Of a stretch of DNA of 64,000 nt, positions 1 to 12,058 are shown one piece after another. The DNA lies in contig OX597820.1 in assembly GCA_951406725.2 (NCBI GenBank), forward strand, positions 85,870,001 to 85,934,000, given 5' to 3'. Each line of letters begins with the position of its first letter. Within the stretch, counting starts at the first letter, position 1. This DNA is from Octopus vulgaris (taxonomy: Eukaryota). Under the pieces are notes generated by a model. It was not told the DNA's origin, made no database searches, and saw only the letters and a list, made by a program, of their open reading frames with translations. The position numbers and the translations under genes are program-made.

Positions 1-215
1 CTTGCAGAGGGAAAGCTATCGGCGTAAACCTAAAAAAGAGGTTTAAGGACTACTATGAAGTAACTTGGAATGGTCCCAGAAGATATAGAAACCCTTGCTT
101 AGGATCGATTTGGATGGCGAACAAAGGTGTGGAGGGTGCTTGGTGAGGAGGGTGATTGTTGGAAAATCTGCAGGACGAAAGAGAAGACATGTCAAAGGGC
201 AGAATAACTCATGAG
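1..215 (+). mobile_element. Decayed RTE-clade LINE, C-terminal ORF fragment (cut by window edge)
   Basis: Manual translation across frameshifts gives LAEGK..., KKRFKD and MVPEDIETLA*DRFGWRTKV, matching the RTE C-terminal pattern GxRxxGRPKKRxKD...WExLAxDRxxWR. Confidence 0.6.
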
Positions 216-1453
216 CGGTCAACGGAAATGCAACAATATGCGTACATGTATATGTATGCATGAATGTATGCACGGGGACGTGGAAATACCTGGGTTAGTG
301 TCCAGGCGCGCGGTTAGCCCACTGGGAGTTGGAGGTCCCTCTGTTGCTATCACAACATCTCTCTAGGAGAGGCAAACTCAAAGAGAAAACCTGCAACGCT
401 GACAATATTCGACAATGTAGACTAGTTATTCTTTTCGAGTTTATGTTGCCAATATTCAGAGAGTGGGATTGGATTTGTGCAAATCCTTTCCCCACTATAA
501 AAAAAAAATCATGCACAAGCGTCACTTGAAAAAAAAAAAGACCTATCACAAAATTGGCAGGTCGTAACCTTTGCATGTATGGGTCTTTCAATCATACACG
601 TGTATGTATGTCACTTTTCAGTTTTATTTCAAGATTTCTTGCCAATAGAGAAAGTGTGGGGTTCTCACCTAGATTCAATGCTCCTTCATTGGAATTTCAA
701 CATCAACAAAAGGGTATTTTCGTTTGTGGATGCCTGTACAAGTATACGAGAATGGATTGACTGATTAATGGAAGGATAGATACAACTTGATAATTATATC
801 TCAGTATCTCTAAGTTGATTAATTATATAAAACATTGTCAATCTATTTCCTATACTATTATGATGTTTCCTCGATTTTCAGCAAGTTTCATTAGGGTCGT
901 ATACAACAATATAAGCAATACCAATATCACTGATGTGTAAAAGATAGTCAGTTAATTATCCTAATACAAGCTGATGCAAGCAGACCATGGCAAATACTAT
1001 AATCTGTGGTTAAGAAAGACAGAGGACAATTTATGGATCAGTGATTCAGTAGAGAATTGTAGAGAGAGAGAGGAAGAGAGGAGGGGATAAACACAGAGGA
1101 TAGGGTGGGGCGAGACGAGGAAATTGTGATAGTGAGAAAATGTATGGAATAATTGTACATTAATTGGAAAAGTAAGAAAGAAGAAGAAATAGGCGGGGAA
1201 TCTGACCAACTAATAAAACTGATACAAACATTCGCATCCGCATTGAAAATCTTATTTCTACACAAAATGTGTTTCGCTGTTTATGTGTGAATGTATTGCA
1301 TGCAGAATATACTCAGACACGCATGCTAATAAACATGCACGGGAATCAAAGAGAATGAAAGAGAGAGAGAGAGAAAAACTGTGTGTGTGTGTGTGTGTAA
1401 ATGAGTGTGTGTGTATGCGAGAGAGAGAGAGAGAGAACGATACATATGTAGAA

Positions 1454-1570
1454 GCTGGCGTAGCTGTGTGGTAAGAAGTCCTGGATACAGTCCAACCTCG
1501 TGGCACCTTGTATAAGTGTTGTCTGCTATAACCTTGACATGAACAAAGCCTTCTTAGTGACATTGGTAGA
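1454..1570 (+). mobile_element. Degenerate 5' half of SINE family A
   Basis: gtagctgtgtggtaag...gtggcaccttg...aagtgttgtctgctata...ttggtagac aligns by eye to the head of the full copy at 36470-36879. Confidence 0.55.
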
Positions 1571-1614
1571 CCTTTCTATCTATCCATCTATCTGTCTATA
1601 TATAGAGATCTATG

Positions 1615-1677
<63 letters not shown>

Positions 1678-2554
1678 GCAGACTTCAACACGACTGTTTG
1701 GGGTTCTCTATCATGTTAGTGCGTGCTGAGGTACATGAGACTATTATGCCAATGCAGAAACCACATGAGTCCAAATACTGGAATGTATGCTGGGAGATTG
1801 ACTTAGCCTCTTTGATTAATTTGATTAATTTTATCATTTAGCTATTTAATTGTTCTTTTTTAGGGGGCTGCAATCTCCTATATTATTGATTCTGTTATTA
1901 TCGTATTTAAATTGTTACACTAAATAATAACAGAGTCAATGATATCTTCGCAAATTTTTTTTTTCGTGAATTATTTTTTCTTGTGAATTATTGGCTCCGT
2001 ACTAAATATATGTGTATGTATATGTGTGTGCCCGTGTGCGTGCGTGCACGTGTGCGTGTGTGCACGTGTGCTTGTGTGCACTAGTCTGTGTGTCTTTGTG
2101 TCTGTGCCTGTCCCCATCACGGTTTGAGTGGGTTTATGGAATCTTAGTCTAAAGGTTTCCCAAAAGGGATCATTGCAATTCGTACTACACTGTAAATATG
2201 AGCAGTAGTGGGGGATTCGTTAGATTGGTGTATGTGTGCGTGTATGCACACACACACTCACACAAAATCACACAAACACACATACATACGAGATGTTGCT
2301 GAAAAGTAAAAGAAAATACCAGAAAAGATCTGTTACTTTTGACTTTATTCCGCATATTACTTTATCAGATTCATACGCTAATTGCAGCGATCCTACATTT
2401 GTTCTAAGCTCTGTAAAAGACCTCTGAATGTTACGGCTTCAACCATACCTTTGGCGATGCCCTTGAAGCCAGAAACGTTTTAACACACACTGGTATGTGT
2501 GTACGTGTGTTCGTGTGTGTGTGTGTGTATGTGTATGGATGTATGTGTGTATAT

Positions 2555-2586
2555 ATTATCATTATTATTATTATTATTATTATTAT

Positions 2587-2636
<50 letters not shown>

Positions 2637-2646
2637 TCATTATTAT

Positions 2647-2680
<34 letters not shown>
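2555..2680. repeat. Compound microsatellite (ATT)n-(AGT)n-(AT)n
   Basis: Directly visible. Confidence 0.95.
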
Positions 2681-2682
<2 letters not shown>

Positions 2683-2800
2683 ACGTGATCACCGTGACCG
2701 ACCAGGCTATCAGATATTGCTACACATTGCTGGTCACAATGCGCTTCACATTGTTTTATCCTTCAACGGACGTCACTCCGCTGACTAAGCAAGCAGGCTA
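2681..2800 (-). mobile_element. 3' part of SINE family C
   Basis: ctatcagat.ttg.ta.aca..gctggtcacaatgcgctt is shared with 43706-43815 and more loosely with 42190-42300. Confidence 0.6.
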
Positions 2801-2804
2801 ATAT

Positions 2805-3992
2805 ATACATAGTTGAAATTTACAGAAAAAAAAAGATGAAAACAGGTGTATAATCAAGAAGGTGTATTAGTTTGACGCTCAGGAAAGTGAGAAAGTCTTT
2901 TACGTTTCGAGGCTACACCCTTCAATAGAATGGTTCACGAGGAAATAAACAGAGAAAGAATATAAGAAAACTTGTGAATTTAATGGTCAAGCATGACCAC
3001 TGTGTGGAAAAAGGTTGTTGGACAGGAGAGCTAGGAAGAACGGGAGATAATTAAGTTTTGGTGATCCCATAAGTAGGTACGTGTTCGTGTGTGTATGTGA
3101 GAGTGTGTAGGTCGGTGCTTGTGGATAGGGGCTAGTGACTTTGCCGCTTCAATGTATGCTTGTGTGTGCGTCTGTAATGTGTGGATATGTGGATGATGGT
3201 GTGAATGTTGGCAAGTAGCCAGTGCTAGTCTGTGTGGAGTGGTGTGGGTTGGTGTGATGTAATGTGGTGGTATGGTGTTGTGTGGTGTGACGTTGTGGGG
3301 ATGTAGTGTTGTGAGGGTGGGGTGTGGGTTTGGGGTGAGGATGTGGGGTTGATGATGGGGGAATGGGATGTGTGCGATTCGGGTGCGGATGGAGGGAGTA
3401 TCAATGAAGGGAGAAGGTGGATAGGAGTGAAGTGAGGAAGTAGGTGTCAGATGAAGAGAGGAGAGGGGGGAAATCACATGAGGGGAGTTGAGCACATGTG
3501 GTGCAAAAGAGCGAAGAGAGGTGATTAATTTCTGTTCACAGTGAAGGCTGGAGTCCGGATGGCCCTTCTGCAAAGACAATCCGAACACAGAATGACCGGT
3601 AGAGCGGAAATGGTGCGAAACCGGGGTGTCATTGCCGAGTTTAATGTTTCGAATGTGCTCCGCGAACCGGTCAGCCAAGTGGCATCTCGTTTGACCGATG
3701 TACAGAGAAGGGCAGAAAGAGCAGGAGATGCTGTAAATGACGTTACTAGAAGTGCAAGTGGAAGACTCAGTGATGTGATAGAGACGATGATGGGCGCCTG
3801 TGAAAGTCGTGGTTTTGGAGAGGTAGGGGAAATCGTTGTGTGGGATCACCGTATAAAGACTTGATATCAAGAGTGAAGAGAAGTTTAGAGGGGCCAGGAG
3901 GGAAGGGGCCACTGGGGAGGAGCAAGGACACGGTAGAAGTCGAGATCAGTTCCGTGGGCTTGTGAATTTTGAGAAGTAAATGGTGGAAGAGT
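2805..3992 (-). mobile_element. Internally deleted Penelope-like retroelement (RT motif remnants, GIY-YIG endonuclease, pseudo-LTR with HHR-like motif)
   Basis: The minus strand reads FHHLLLKIHKP, PTELIS and LLFTLDIKSLY(T)VIPHND (PLE RT motifs 1, 2 and A). These are fused to TCTSSNVIYSISCSFCPSLYIGQTRCHLADRFAEHIRNIK...PVSHHF (GIY-YIG with CxxC, Neptune/Poseidon-like). The 3' end at 2805-3060 matches 5385-5660 and 48122-48290. Confidence 0.88.
2895..2930 (-). ncRNA. Degenerate minimal hammerhead ribozyme (U6 family)
   Basis: Minus strand: UU-CUAUUGA-A-GGGUGUAGCCUC-GAAA-CG-UA-AAAG. Confidence 0.5.
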
Positions 3993-4743
3993 ATATATAT
4001 ATATATATATATATATTGATAATTGTGTTCAAATATAAGTAAAGTCAAATAAAGCCAAATCCTCTTTCGTGACATTATTACACAGTCACAGATATTCGCG
4101 CACTCGCGCACCAACACATACACACAGACACTGACAAGCCGCTAATATGGGTCCAACTCATTAAAATCAAACAGACACATATTCATTCAGGAACACAAAC
4201 ATAGCCAAAGAAGCTTTCCAAAGAAAAACACATATACAGATACATACAAAAGAGAAAATTGACCTTGATATAATCGATAATATTAAAGAATGACAAAGCC
4301 TAACTTTTTTTTCCTTCGGATCGTCAACTTGGTCATTTAGAAATTTTGGCAACTTTATTTAGTAATTATCTACAGATTTTCAATACGTTGAAATGCCATT
4401 TTACACTTTACATTTTTGCTAGGAGATTTATCTATTTACTTTGTTATTTTCTTGCTTTCTTTCTTTCGTTTCATTCATTCCTTCTTTCTTTCTTTCTTTG
4501 TTTCCTTTTTTCTTTTTCTTACTTTTTTTCTTTATTGTGTGTCTTTACCAAATGCCAGTCGTTTAGTAACACAACTTTGGATTGTTGCCGGAATATTGAT
4601 GAGTTTTCCTAAAGAAGTGTATGTTATTGTATATGCTATTGTGCCTGTTTATATATCTCCACTTATATGTATTAATATATGCGTGTATATATGGATGTAT
4701 GCATGTGTGTGTGTGTGTGTGAATGTAAGTGTGTGTACATATG

Positions 4744-4777
<34 letters not shown>

Positions 4778-4778
4778 T

Positions 4779-4829
<51 letters not shown>

Positions 4830-4830
4830 T
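4744..4830. repeat. (GATA)n microsatellite
   Basis: Directly visible. Confidence 0.95.
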
Positions 4831-5279
4831 GAATAATAGAAACATTGAAGAATACACACACACTCACGCACAAACACACTGAGAAAGAAGCACATCTACA
4901 TAGAGATAAAACATAATTTAGTTCTTCAATTTTTCTGTGCTTCTTTTAACGCTTTCAGAAATCTGGCTGGAACTGAGCAGCGCAGCAGCTTTAATGATTG
5001 ACTGTGGTCGAAGGCTGGAGTCCGGATGTAGCTCCCAGTATGTAGGTCATTAATTTTGCTTTGTTCGTGAGAAGAAATGTTTCTGTTGAAGAAGTAGGAC
5101 TCAATATTCTTTTGAATTCTAATTTCATGCCCTGTTTTCGTTGAACATATAACTTTATATACCAGATATATGCATGTCCATTCAATGATACACACACATA
5201 CACACGCGTACACACACGTACACATATAAATACATTCATTTATACATATACATACTTAAAAAATACATACACACACTAA

Positions 5280-5657
5280 TATTCCCATCCCCACATTTTC
5301 ACACCTACACATACACGCACATATCAAGATCGCCAGCCCTCTTTCACACGGACATACGTACTCTCTTACACACATACGCACCTTCATTTTGGTATCCCTA
5401 CTACTTTGTTATCTCCCCTAATTCTTAGCTCGACTGTCTGACCCTTCTGTCCGGCATTCGGCATGATATATCGCTAGTCACTACACACATTTTTTTCTCT
5501 CTTTGCTTCTCTCATTGTTTCTTTCTGTGTTCCTTTCTGTGGAAGAGCGAAGGCTCGAAACGTTAAAGACTCTTTCAATTCCCAAGCGTTATATTAATAC
5601 ATCTGTGTGTTTTCTACACTACCTGTCTTCGCCTTTTGTTTTTCTTTTGTGAATTCT

Positions 5658-5660
<3 letters not shown>
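5280..5660 (+). mobile_element. Solo PLE 3' UTR/pseudo-LTR, same family as 2805-3060 in opposite orientation, followed by (TA)n
   Basis: Shares ttatctccc...ctagctc, gctcgaaacgt.aaagact and taatacatctg...acctgtcttcg with the reverse complements of 2805-3060 and 48122-48290. Confidence 0.75.
5533..5568 (+). ncRNA. Minimal type I hammerhead ribozyme-like motif (U6 family)
   Basis: CUUU-CUGUGGA-A-GAGC-GAAG-GCUC-GAAA-CG-UU-AAAG. Stem I is CUUU/AAAG, stem II is GAGC/GCUC, and stem III is the palindrome ACGU. Confidence 0.6.
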
Positions 5661-5740
<80 letters not shown>

Positions 5741-5757
5741 GAGAGAGAGAGAGAGAG
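5661..5757. repeat. (TA)n-(GA)n microsatellite
   Basis: Directly visible. Confidence 0.95.
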
Positions 5758-8700
5758 GTGGGAGGTAAGATGCGATGAAAATAGATTTTAGATGGCTACA
5801 TACTTAGATATCTCAAAGCCAGATGAGCATATTAATCTACAATATGCATTAAATATAATTTAGTGAGTGCAGATACCTAGTGTTTATTTTCATTTTATTC
5901 TCGAGCCGTATGCTTCATCTGTTGTCTTATCAGAAGAAACTAGTGAAAGTGAACAATTAATTTATATATATTAATATTACTAACATCATGCGTTCAATGT
6001 AGAGAAAAGAATAATGCAGGGGAGGCGTCGAGTGTAATAATAATATTAAGTATTTAAAATGGCAACAAAAGTATACATATAAATTAGACCAGTGTAATAA
6101 GACTGTGAATGTGACAGGTAATACCGATAATAATCAAAGAATTATTAATGAGATATTAAAGTAGTGAAGTTACTAATTCAAAGATGCAAATACAAATAGA
6201 GATAATGTAAATGCTGTAGATGTTAATATACAAATATACTAGGAATGATAGATATAAATACATGTAAAAGCGTCAGAGGTGGAAGGCGAGTGAAAGGAGG
6301 AAAAATGCAAATTGGGGTTTCTGCTCAAAATTTTGCATATATAGAAGGGAATGAATGAAATACATGAAAATGATTAAAATGTAAAATAATTTTAGAAAGT
6401 ATAAAAAATAATACGTTTAAAAAGTAGTTAGGCCATGCCAAGAAATTAAGTCATTTTGGACTGACGTAGAGTGTGTGGGGCGGAATGCTTACTATGATAG
6501 AAGATGCTTCACGCAACCTTACTTCTCTTGCCTATATAGAATGTTTTTATTTCAGGATGTTTTAGTTTTCGCTAGTCCAGCAGTCCTGCTTTACTTTGTG
6601 AGGTCTCCAGGGAGGAATAATTCTTGGAAAATTTTCTCCCTAACACTTTCATTCTGAACACTTGGTCATTGCTACTACCCAAATAATACCATATGATTCT
6701 CTAAAACTATATGAACTTATTTGTGCCTCTTCTTACCTCTATTATTTTGACACGGAAGCTGAAATCTGATATCGTGATAACGCAGATTTTCAACTATATC
6801 TAACTGATATCCTCCATAGATCAAGGAAGTAACGAAACTGTTTCTATCTCTACTGCTCATGCAAATGAATTGTGAGACGTTGTGAGTCGTTATCTATTTT
6901 AACGGTAGTACTCCTATTGCCACATTAAAAAAAGAATCCGATGTAATATTCATATATTCTTTCAACGTCTTATTCTGAGAGATAGTTCTATTTTTGATGC
7001 ATTCCCATTAAACATATTTATTCAAAGTTTTGCTGAATGTTCACGGAGGATTATGTTAACTCTCCTCGTTGACATTGTTACTGTATTTTATCTTGAGTGA
7101 ATCTGGCTATGATGCATTCTGATGTCACTTGTCCTTTTCATTACGCATAATGCACCAAAATAATATAAAATATTCCTGGGAATGGTTACTTTACGTAGGT
7201 ATTGTTATTCTTCGTCCCTTAAAAGAGCAATTTTGAACCTAATTCATAAACATGAATTAGATTCAAAATTGGTCTTTAGCAAATTTATAGTTAATAATTA
7301 GAGAACGAATTGCTTCAATCGCAGCTTTGAATTCGTGTTTTAAATTAGTTATTAATTTCTCAATCAAGTACTCCGTGAGTAGAATTTCCATCTATGGATG
7401 TATGTATGACTGTAAGTGTGTTTACATTTCAGATTTATATAAGTTCTTTGCAGAATTCAAACAATCTATTAACCAATGACAATGCTTTCTTGATTTATTC
7501 ACGACAGAACCAGTGTTTTGTGAAGGAGTGAGTAGGTTATAGTTTATATGTATGGAGGCGTATGTGTATATAAATATAATGTATTTTTTCTGTAGTGTGA
7601 ATATACTGTATTGAGCACCAATGCTTCTGTGCGTATATATGTGCTTAGCTGTCTATCAGTGTGTATGTGTTTAATTAGCTTTTATGTATATGTGTATGAT
7701 ATATGCACACAAGTGATGGCATACATATGTTCATTCTACAAACTATTTATTGTATTACTGATCGAGTGAATTATGAGGATGCGAGTGAATTACGTGTATG
7801 TTCGTTCTTAGAAAACACAAGAGTTTCGATGTTTTTATGCTATTCTTTTCTTAAAAGCATAGTGAGCTTATTATGCATGTATGTAAGCTGCCTCACTCTG
7901 ATAACTGTTCATATAGAATTTATGAGTTCATGTATATTCAGACATTTAAATGCAAGCTTATCTATTTGAAAATACCGAGTACTATCGTTGCATTCGTATC
8001 ATTATATTGTATATATTAGAAGTTTTAGTTTAATATCTTAGTATTTTGCATTGCCCCTTTATAAATGAAAATTCTATAGAATTTATTTGAAATTCATTAG
8101 CCAATCCTTACGCAAAATGTATGGATATAGGTCATGTGTGCATATCGGTGGGAGAACAAAAAGTTATGTAACGCTAATACATGGATGTATATACTTTTCT
8201 TATTTGTAAGTGAGCAGAAGTTACCGCACATTACATAAAGAAGGGCAGAGACAAAAGTGTGCGTTATTTAAGGAAATAATTTACATAAATGGAAAGAAGC
8301 GACCAAAGATGCATGCATGTAAATGCGAGTGATTATAACTGGTCACCTTCTCGTCAATGTTCAGTCGACGACTGGCGAAGAAAAGAGACATGAAGAAGTG
8401 GCTGGCTCAGATGTGCGAATCCGTTTAGTTAAAGAGCACACGTGGACATGTTTTAAAATCCCATCGTATCTTAGTGGATGTGTAATAGTAAAGGCAGATG
8501 TGTAAGTGTTTGTATATGAAGGTGAATATTTGTGTAGTGGTAGGGATGAAGAGGAGTGGCTTTTAGGGACGATGGCGATATTGCAAAGTGGTATATGTAA
8601 TTTCTGATAGTGAAAAAATGCAGAATATATAGATACATAGATAGGTGTATTCATTAAACTGAGTATATCTTGTATGTACAATTACACATACGACTGTTAC

Positions 8701-9200
8701 TGTTGCGTTTATACTTCTACGTAGATTATCGGCATCCAGTCTACTATTAGTATAGTGGTTTCGTTGCAGATGTACTTAATAGTGTTTCTCGTTATGATAT
8801 ATAGAGCAGCGTAGCAGAAATTACAATAAATATAAGTTTATATATGTTCCTCCGTACGTTTCACCTTTGTCGTTTGGAAGTTTACATTGGAGGTTACAAG
8901 TGCAATTCGATGCTTAACCATGGTGGAGCACAGGGGAATACTTTATTACATTGTATTTCAAGGAACTAATATCAGAGAAGCGACATTAATACACTCTAAT
9001 GTAACTGGACTTGGTACATCCAGTACAAATTCCAAAGAACGACAATGCTGAAACGTACGTGGGAATAAATGCTATATACGTGTCTATAGTGTAATTACTC
9101 TTGTATTATGGAGGAAGATATTAACGTATACGTCTTTTTGAATATATATTAGCATAAGATTGATAATAACCAGAATGTTTTTCTTTCCCTTTGCTTTCAG

Positions 9201-9238
9201 GAGAAGTGATGGTGTATCGATAGTTACTAATAAAGCAG
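9201..9238 (+). CDS. Candidate isolated 38-nt internal exon of an unidentified host gene
   Basis: Strong pyrimidine tract and acceptor tttttctttccctttgctttcag|, open frame (x)RSDGVSIVTNKA(x), and donor CAG|gttggc. No partner exons were identified. Confidence 0.3.
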
Positions 9239-9990
9239 GTTGGCGTATCCATATATTTTAACAATATTGTAAACTTGTAAATGGCATCTAAGTTTTAAAG
9301 AAGATCTGTAATTTAGAATTTCCTTAATTTCTGAAAATTACGGATGAGTGATATTCATGCAATGTGCCTTTAGAAATACATTTACAAACTACCCAAGGCC
9401 ATGAACACAGTGAGTATTGTGACAACGTAGGGCTATGTTGCTTATTCTGTGGGATCGAATTGGGAATTTCATGACTGAGAAACAAAATTGTTATCTATTC
9501 GACCGTGCTTTCAATTTGTATATTCCTACATTAGTTATTCCTAAACAGCATAAAACGAAAATATAATGTATATGATGTAGTAAAAGTTTTACGTCATTAT
9601 CCAATTCAGTAATTCCGTTCTCTTAACATAGTAAAGAAGCGTAGTTTAATTACGCATCTGATACAAATTTTATTAATGATATTTACTCCCAGTTGCATTG
9701 ACGACCCAGAAGTCTAATACGATGAGGGCATTTGGTAATTCTTTCATTAGATTCAGTAATTAGCTTTGTAATTAATTGAATAATTGAATTAATATTTCAG
9801 CGCTTAAATGAAAATTGATATAAAGTTGAGTGCTACACATAATTTATATTAATTATAAATGTTACTAAATATATGTCCTTGCATACACACATGCGTGCGC
9901 ATGCTTGTGTGTGCGTTTCGAATATAGTGTACAACGTTTTCAGGTCGTTTCTTGTTTTAGATAGTTTGAAATACAACATATATAAGTGTG

Positions 9991-10036
<46 letters not shown>

Positions 10037-10049
10037 GTGTGTGTGTGTG

Positions 10050-10228
10050 TGTGTCTGTGTGTCTGTGTGTGTGTGTGTGATTCTGATTGTCCCCCCACCT
10101 ATCATCGCCTGATAACTGATGTTGGCATATTTACGTCCCCTCAAAAGAGAATGATAGAATAAGGTCTAAGCTTACAAAGAATAGGTCCTGGGGTCGATCC
10201 GCGCGACTAAAATCGGTGCTCCAGTGCT
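10050..10228 (+). mobile_element. 3' half of SINE family A
   Basis: gcttacaaagaataggtcctggggtcgat...cgactaaaatcggtgctccag matches 36770-36830. Confidence 0.75.
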
Positions 10229-10254
10229 TAGTAGCAGAAGAATATATATATATG

Positions 10255-11975
10255 TGAAGATGTACTATTTACAAATAGTACAAATAATAACAACAATAGT
10301 TATAATAACAATGATGGTAATGATAACGTTAATAATAGTAATAATCTAGAAACTTCTACTCCCTTCTCTAACCTCTCCTCTCACGATATTAATTCTTCCA
10401 TTCCTGAACACATTCCCCAAACTTCATATTGTAACTGCCATCCTGGAATGATCTGCTCGTTACAAACCCATTGCAGAAGATATAATGTAATTTACAAATG
10501 CGCTGTCCTTAATCTATTGCACAACTCTACAGCTATATACATAGGATCAACCAAAAATTTTAAGCAACAATATATCGCTCACCTCCATTCCTTTAGATAC
10601 GATAAACATAGTAAATCTACAACACTAGCCAACCACATACATCATCTGAAAAATACAAATATGCTCAATACTCTATCATGGTCCATACAGGATTCAGGGC
10701 TTCCCTACCGAGATCAACGCTCAACCTGCAAGCTTGAGGCACTAAGCACTCCGCTTTTTTACACATTCAAATTCTACCACAAATCCAAATGCCTAAATTA
10801 CCATACGATATATTTCCACATTACCCCATAGGTAATCCCAATAACCTTATAAACCTACATTTTAACTACTAATTCCTATCGAATTCTTATTTCATACTCG
10901 AATATCACAACCATTTAACTATATCCGTGTGCATATATGTGCGTGTGTATGTATGTGTGAGTATATGTTTATGTGTGAATGTATGTATGTATGCAAGGAA
11001 TATATACATGCGTGTGCAGGGGCAGATACACGTATATATGGGTATACGTATGTACATATACATATGAGTACGAATTGTATGTGTAGATGTTGATATGTAT
11101 AAATATCTGTATAAATATATATATACATGTTTAATATATGCATCTGTATACATCCTCACATATATTTGCTTCTACTACTAAGCACTGATCAGTCCAACCA
11201 GGCTAAACTTATTCCCAAATTCTTCATTCCACAATATTACCACCCCTACCCACTCTCTCTGCCCCATCACTTAGGCTTTATCACTACATACCTGACACTC
11301 TTATACATCTGAAACTATTATACATCTCTCTCTCTTTCTATCACTCACATTCTTTCTATCTGGTACTCCTTTAATCTTCACCCTATCATCTTTTTACAAT
11401 CTCATATCTTTCTCTCTCTATCACCCCACCTCCTCATTCTTACTATCAATTTATTTTGACTGACCACTAACTGATACACTTTCCCTCTCTTCGTCTCGTT
11501 ATTATATCTCTCCTTGCTTTACTTTTTTCTTCTCTTTTTTCTTTTTTTTCTTCTCTTTTCTTTATTCCTCTCTTCCTATTTTCGATTTGACCTTACAAAA
11601 ACATCCCCTACTTTTATGTCACTTTAAATAAACCCTCGTTTCAATAGCACTATGTACAAACTCTATGTTTGAAATGACCAATTTTAAATACTATTGGGAT
11701 TTACTCACAAGGTATTGGAATCTTATATGTATACCGTTCTGCATGATTAATGGATCTACGAATGCAATATCACTGGATATCTCACGTCTAATTTCATTCC
11801 TCCACTTCACTCTCTATTTTATATTTTATCCAAATTAACTATTGTTTAACCATTTTCTCACACTATTTCCGATGAAGGGATATAAAAGATATCCCGGAAA
11901 CAGCTGTAATACCTTCTATTTATGAATGTTCTAAAATCTTCATACCCTTGGTATTTTTTATCTCATTCTGAAAAA
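10255..11975 (+). mobile_element. 5'-truncated Penelope-like element: GIY-YIG endonuclease remnant plus long 3' UTR/pseudo-LTR with HHR
   Basis: About 10430-10830 translates CNCHPGMICSLQTHCRRYNVIYKCAV...IYIGSTKNFKQQYIAHLHSFR...STTLANHIHHLK...WSI (Cys linker plus GIY-YIG; Nematis-like by inference). An HHR motif lies at 11864-11912, and (TA)n flanks both ends. Confidence 0.85.
11864..11912 (+). ncRNA. Minimal type I hammerhead ribozyme-like motif
   Basis: CCGAUGA-A-GGGAUAU-AAAAG-AUAUCCC-G-GAAA-CAGCUG-UA. It has a perfect 7-bp stem II, a palindromic ACAGCUGU stem III and a GUA site. Stem I is decayed and the core carries U4C. Confidence 0.7.
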
Positions 11976-11977
11976 AG

Positions 11978-12058
<81 letters not shown>

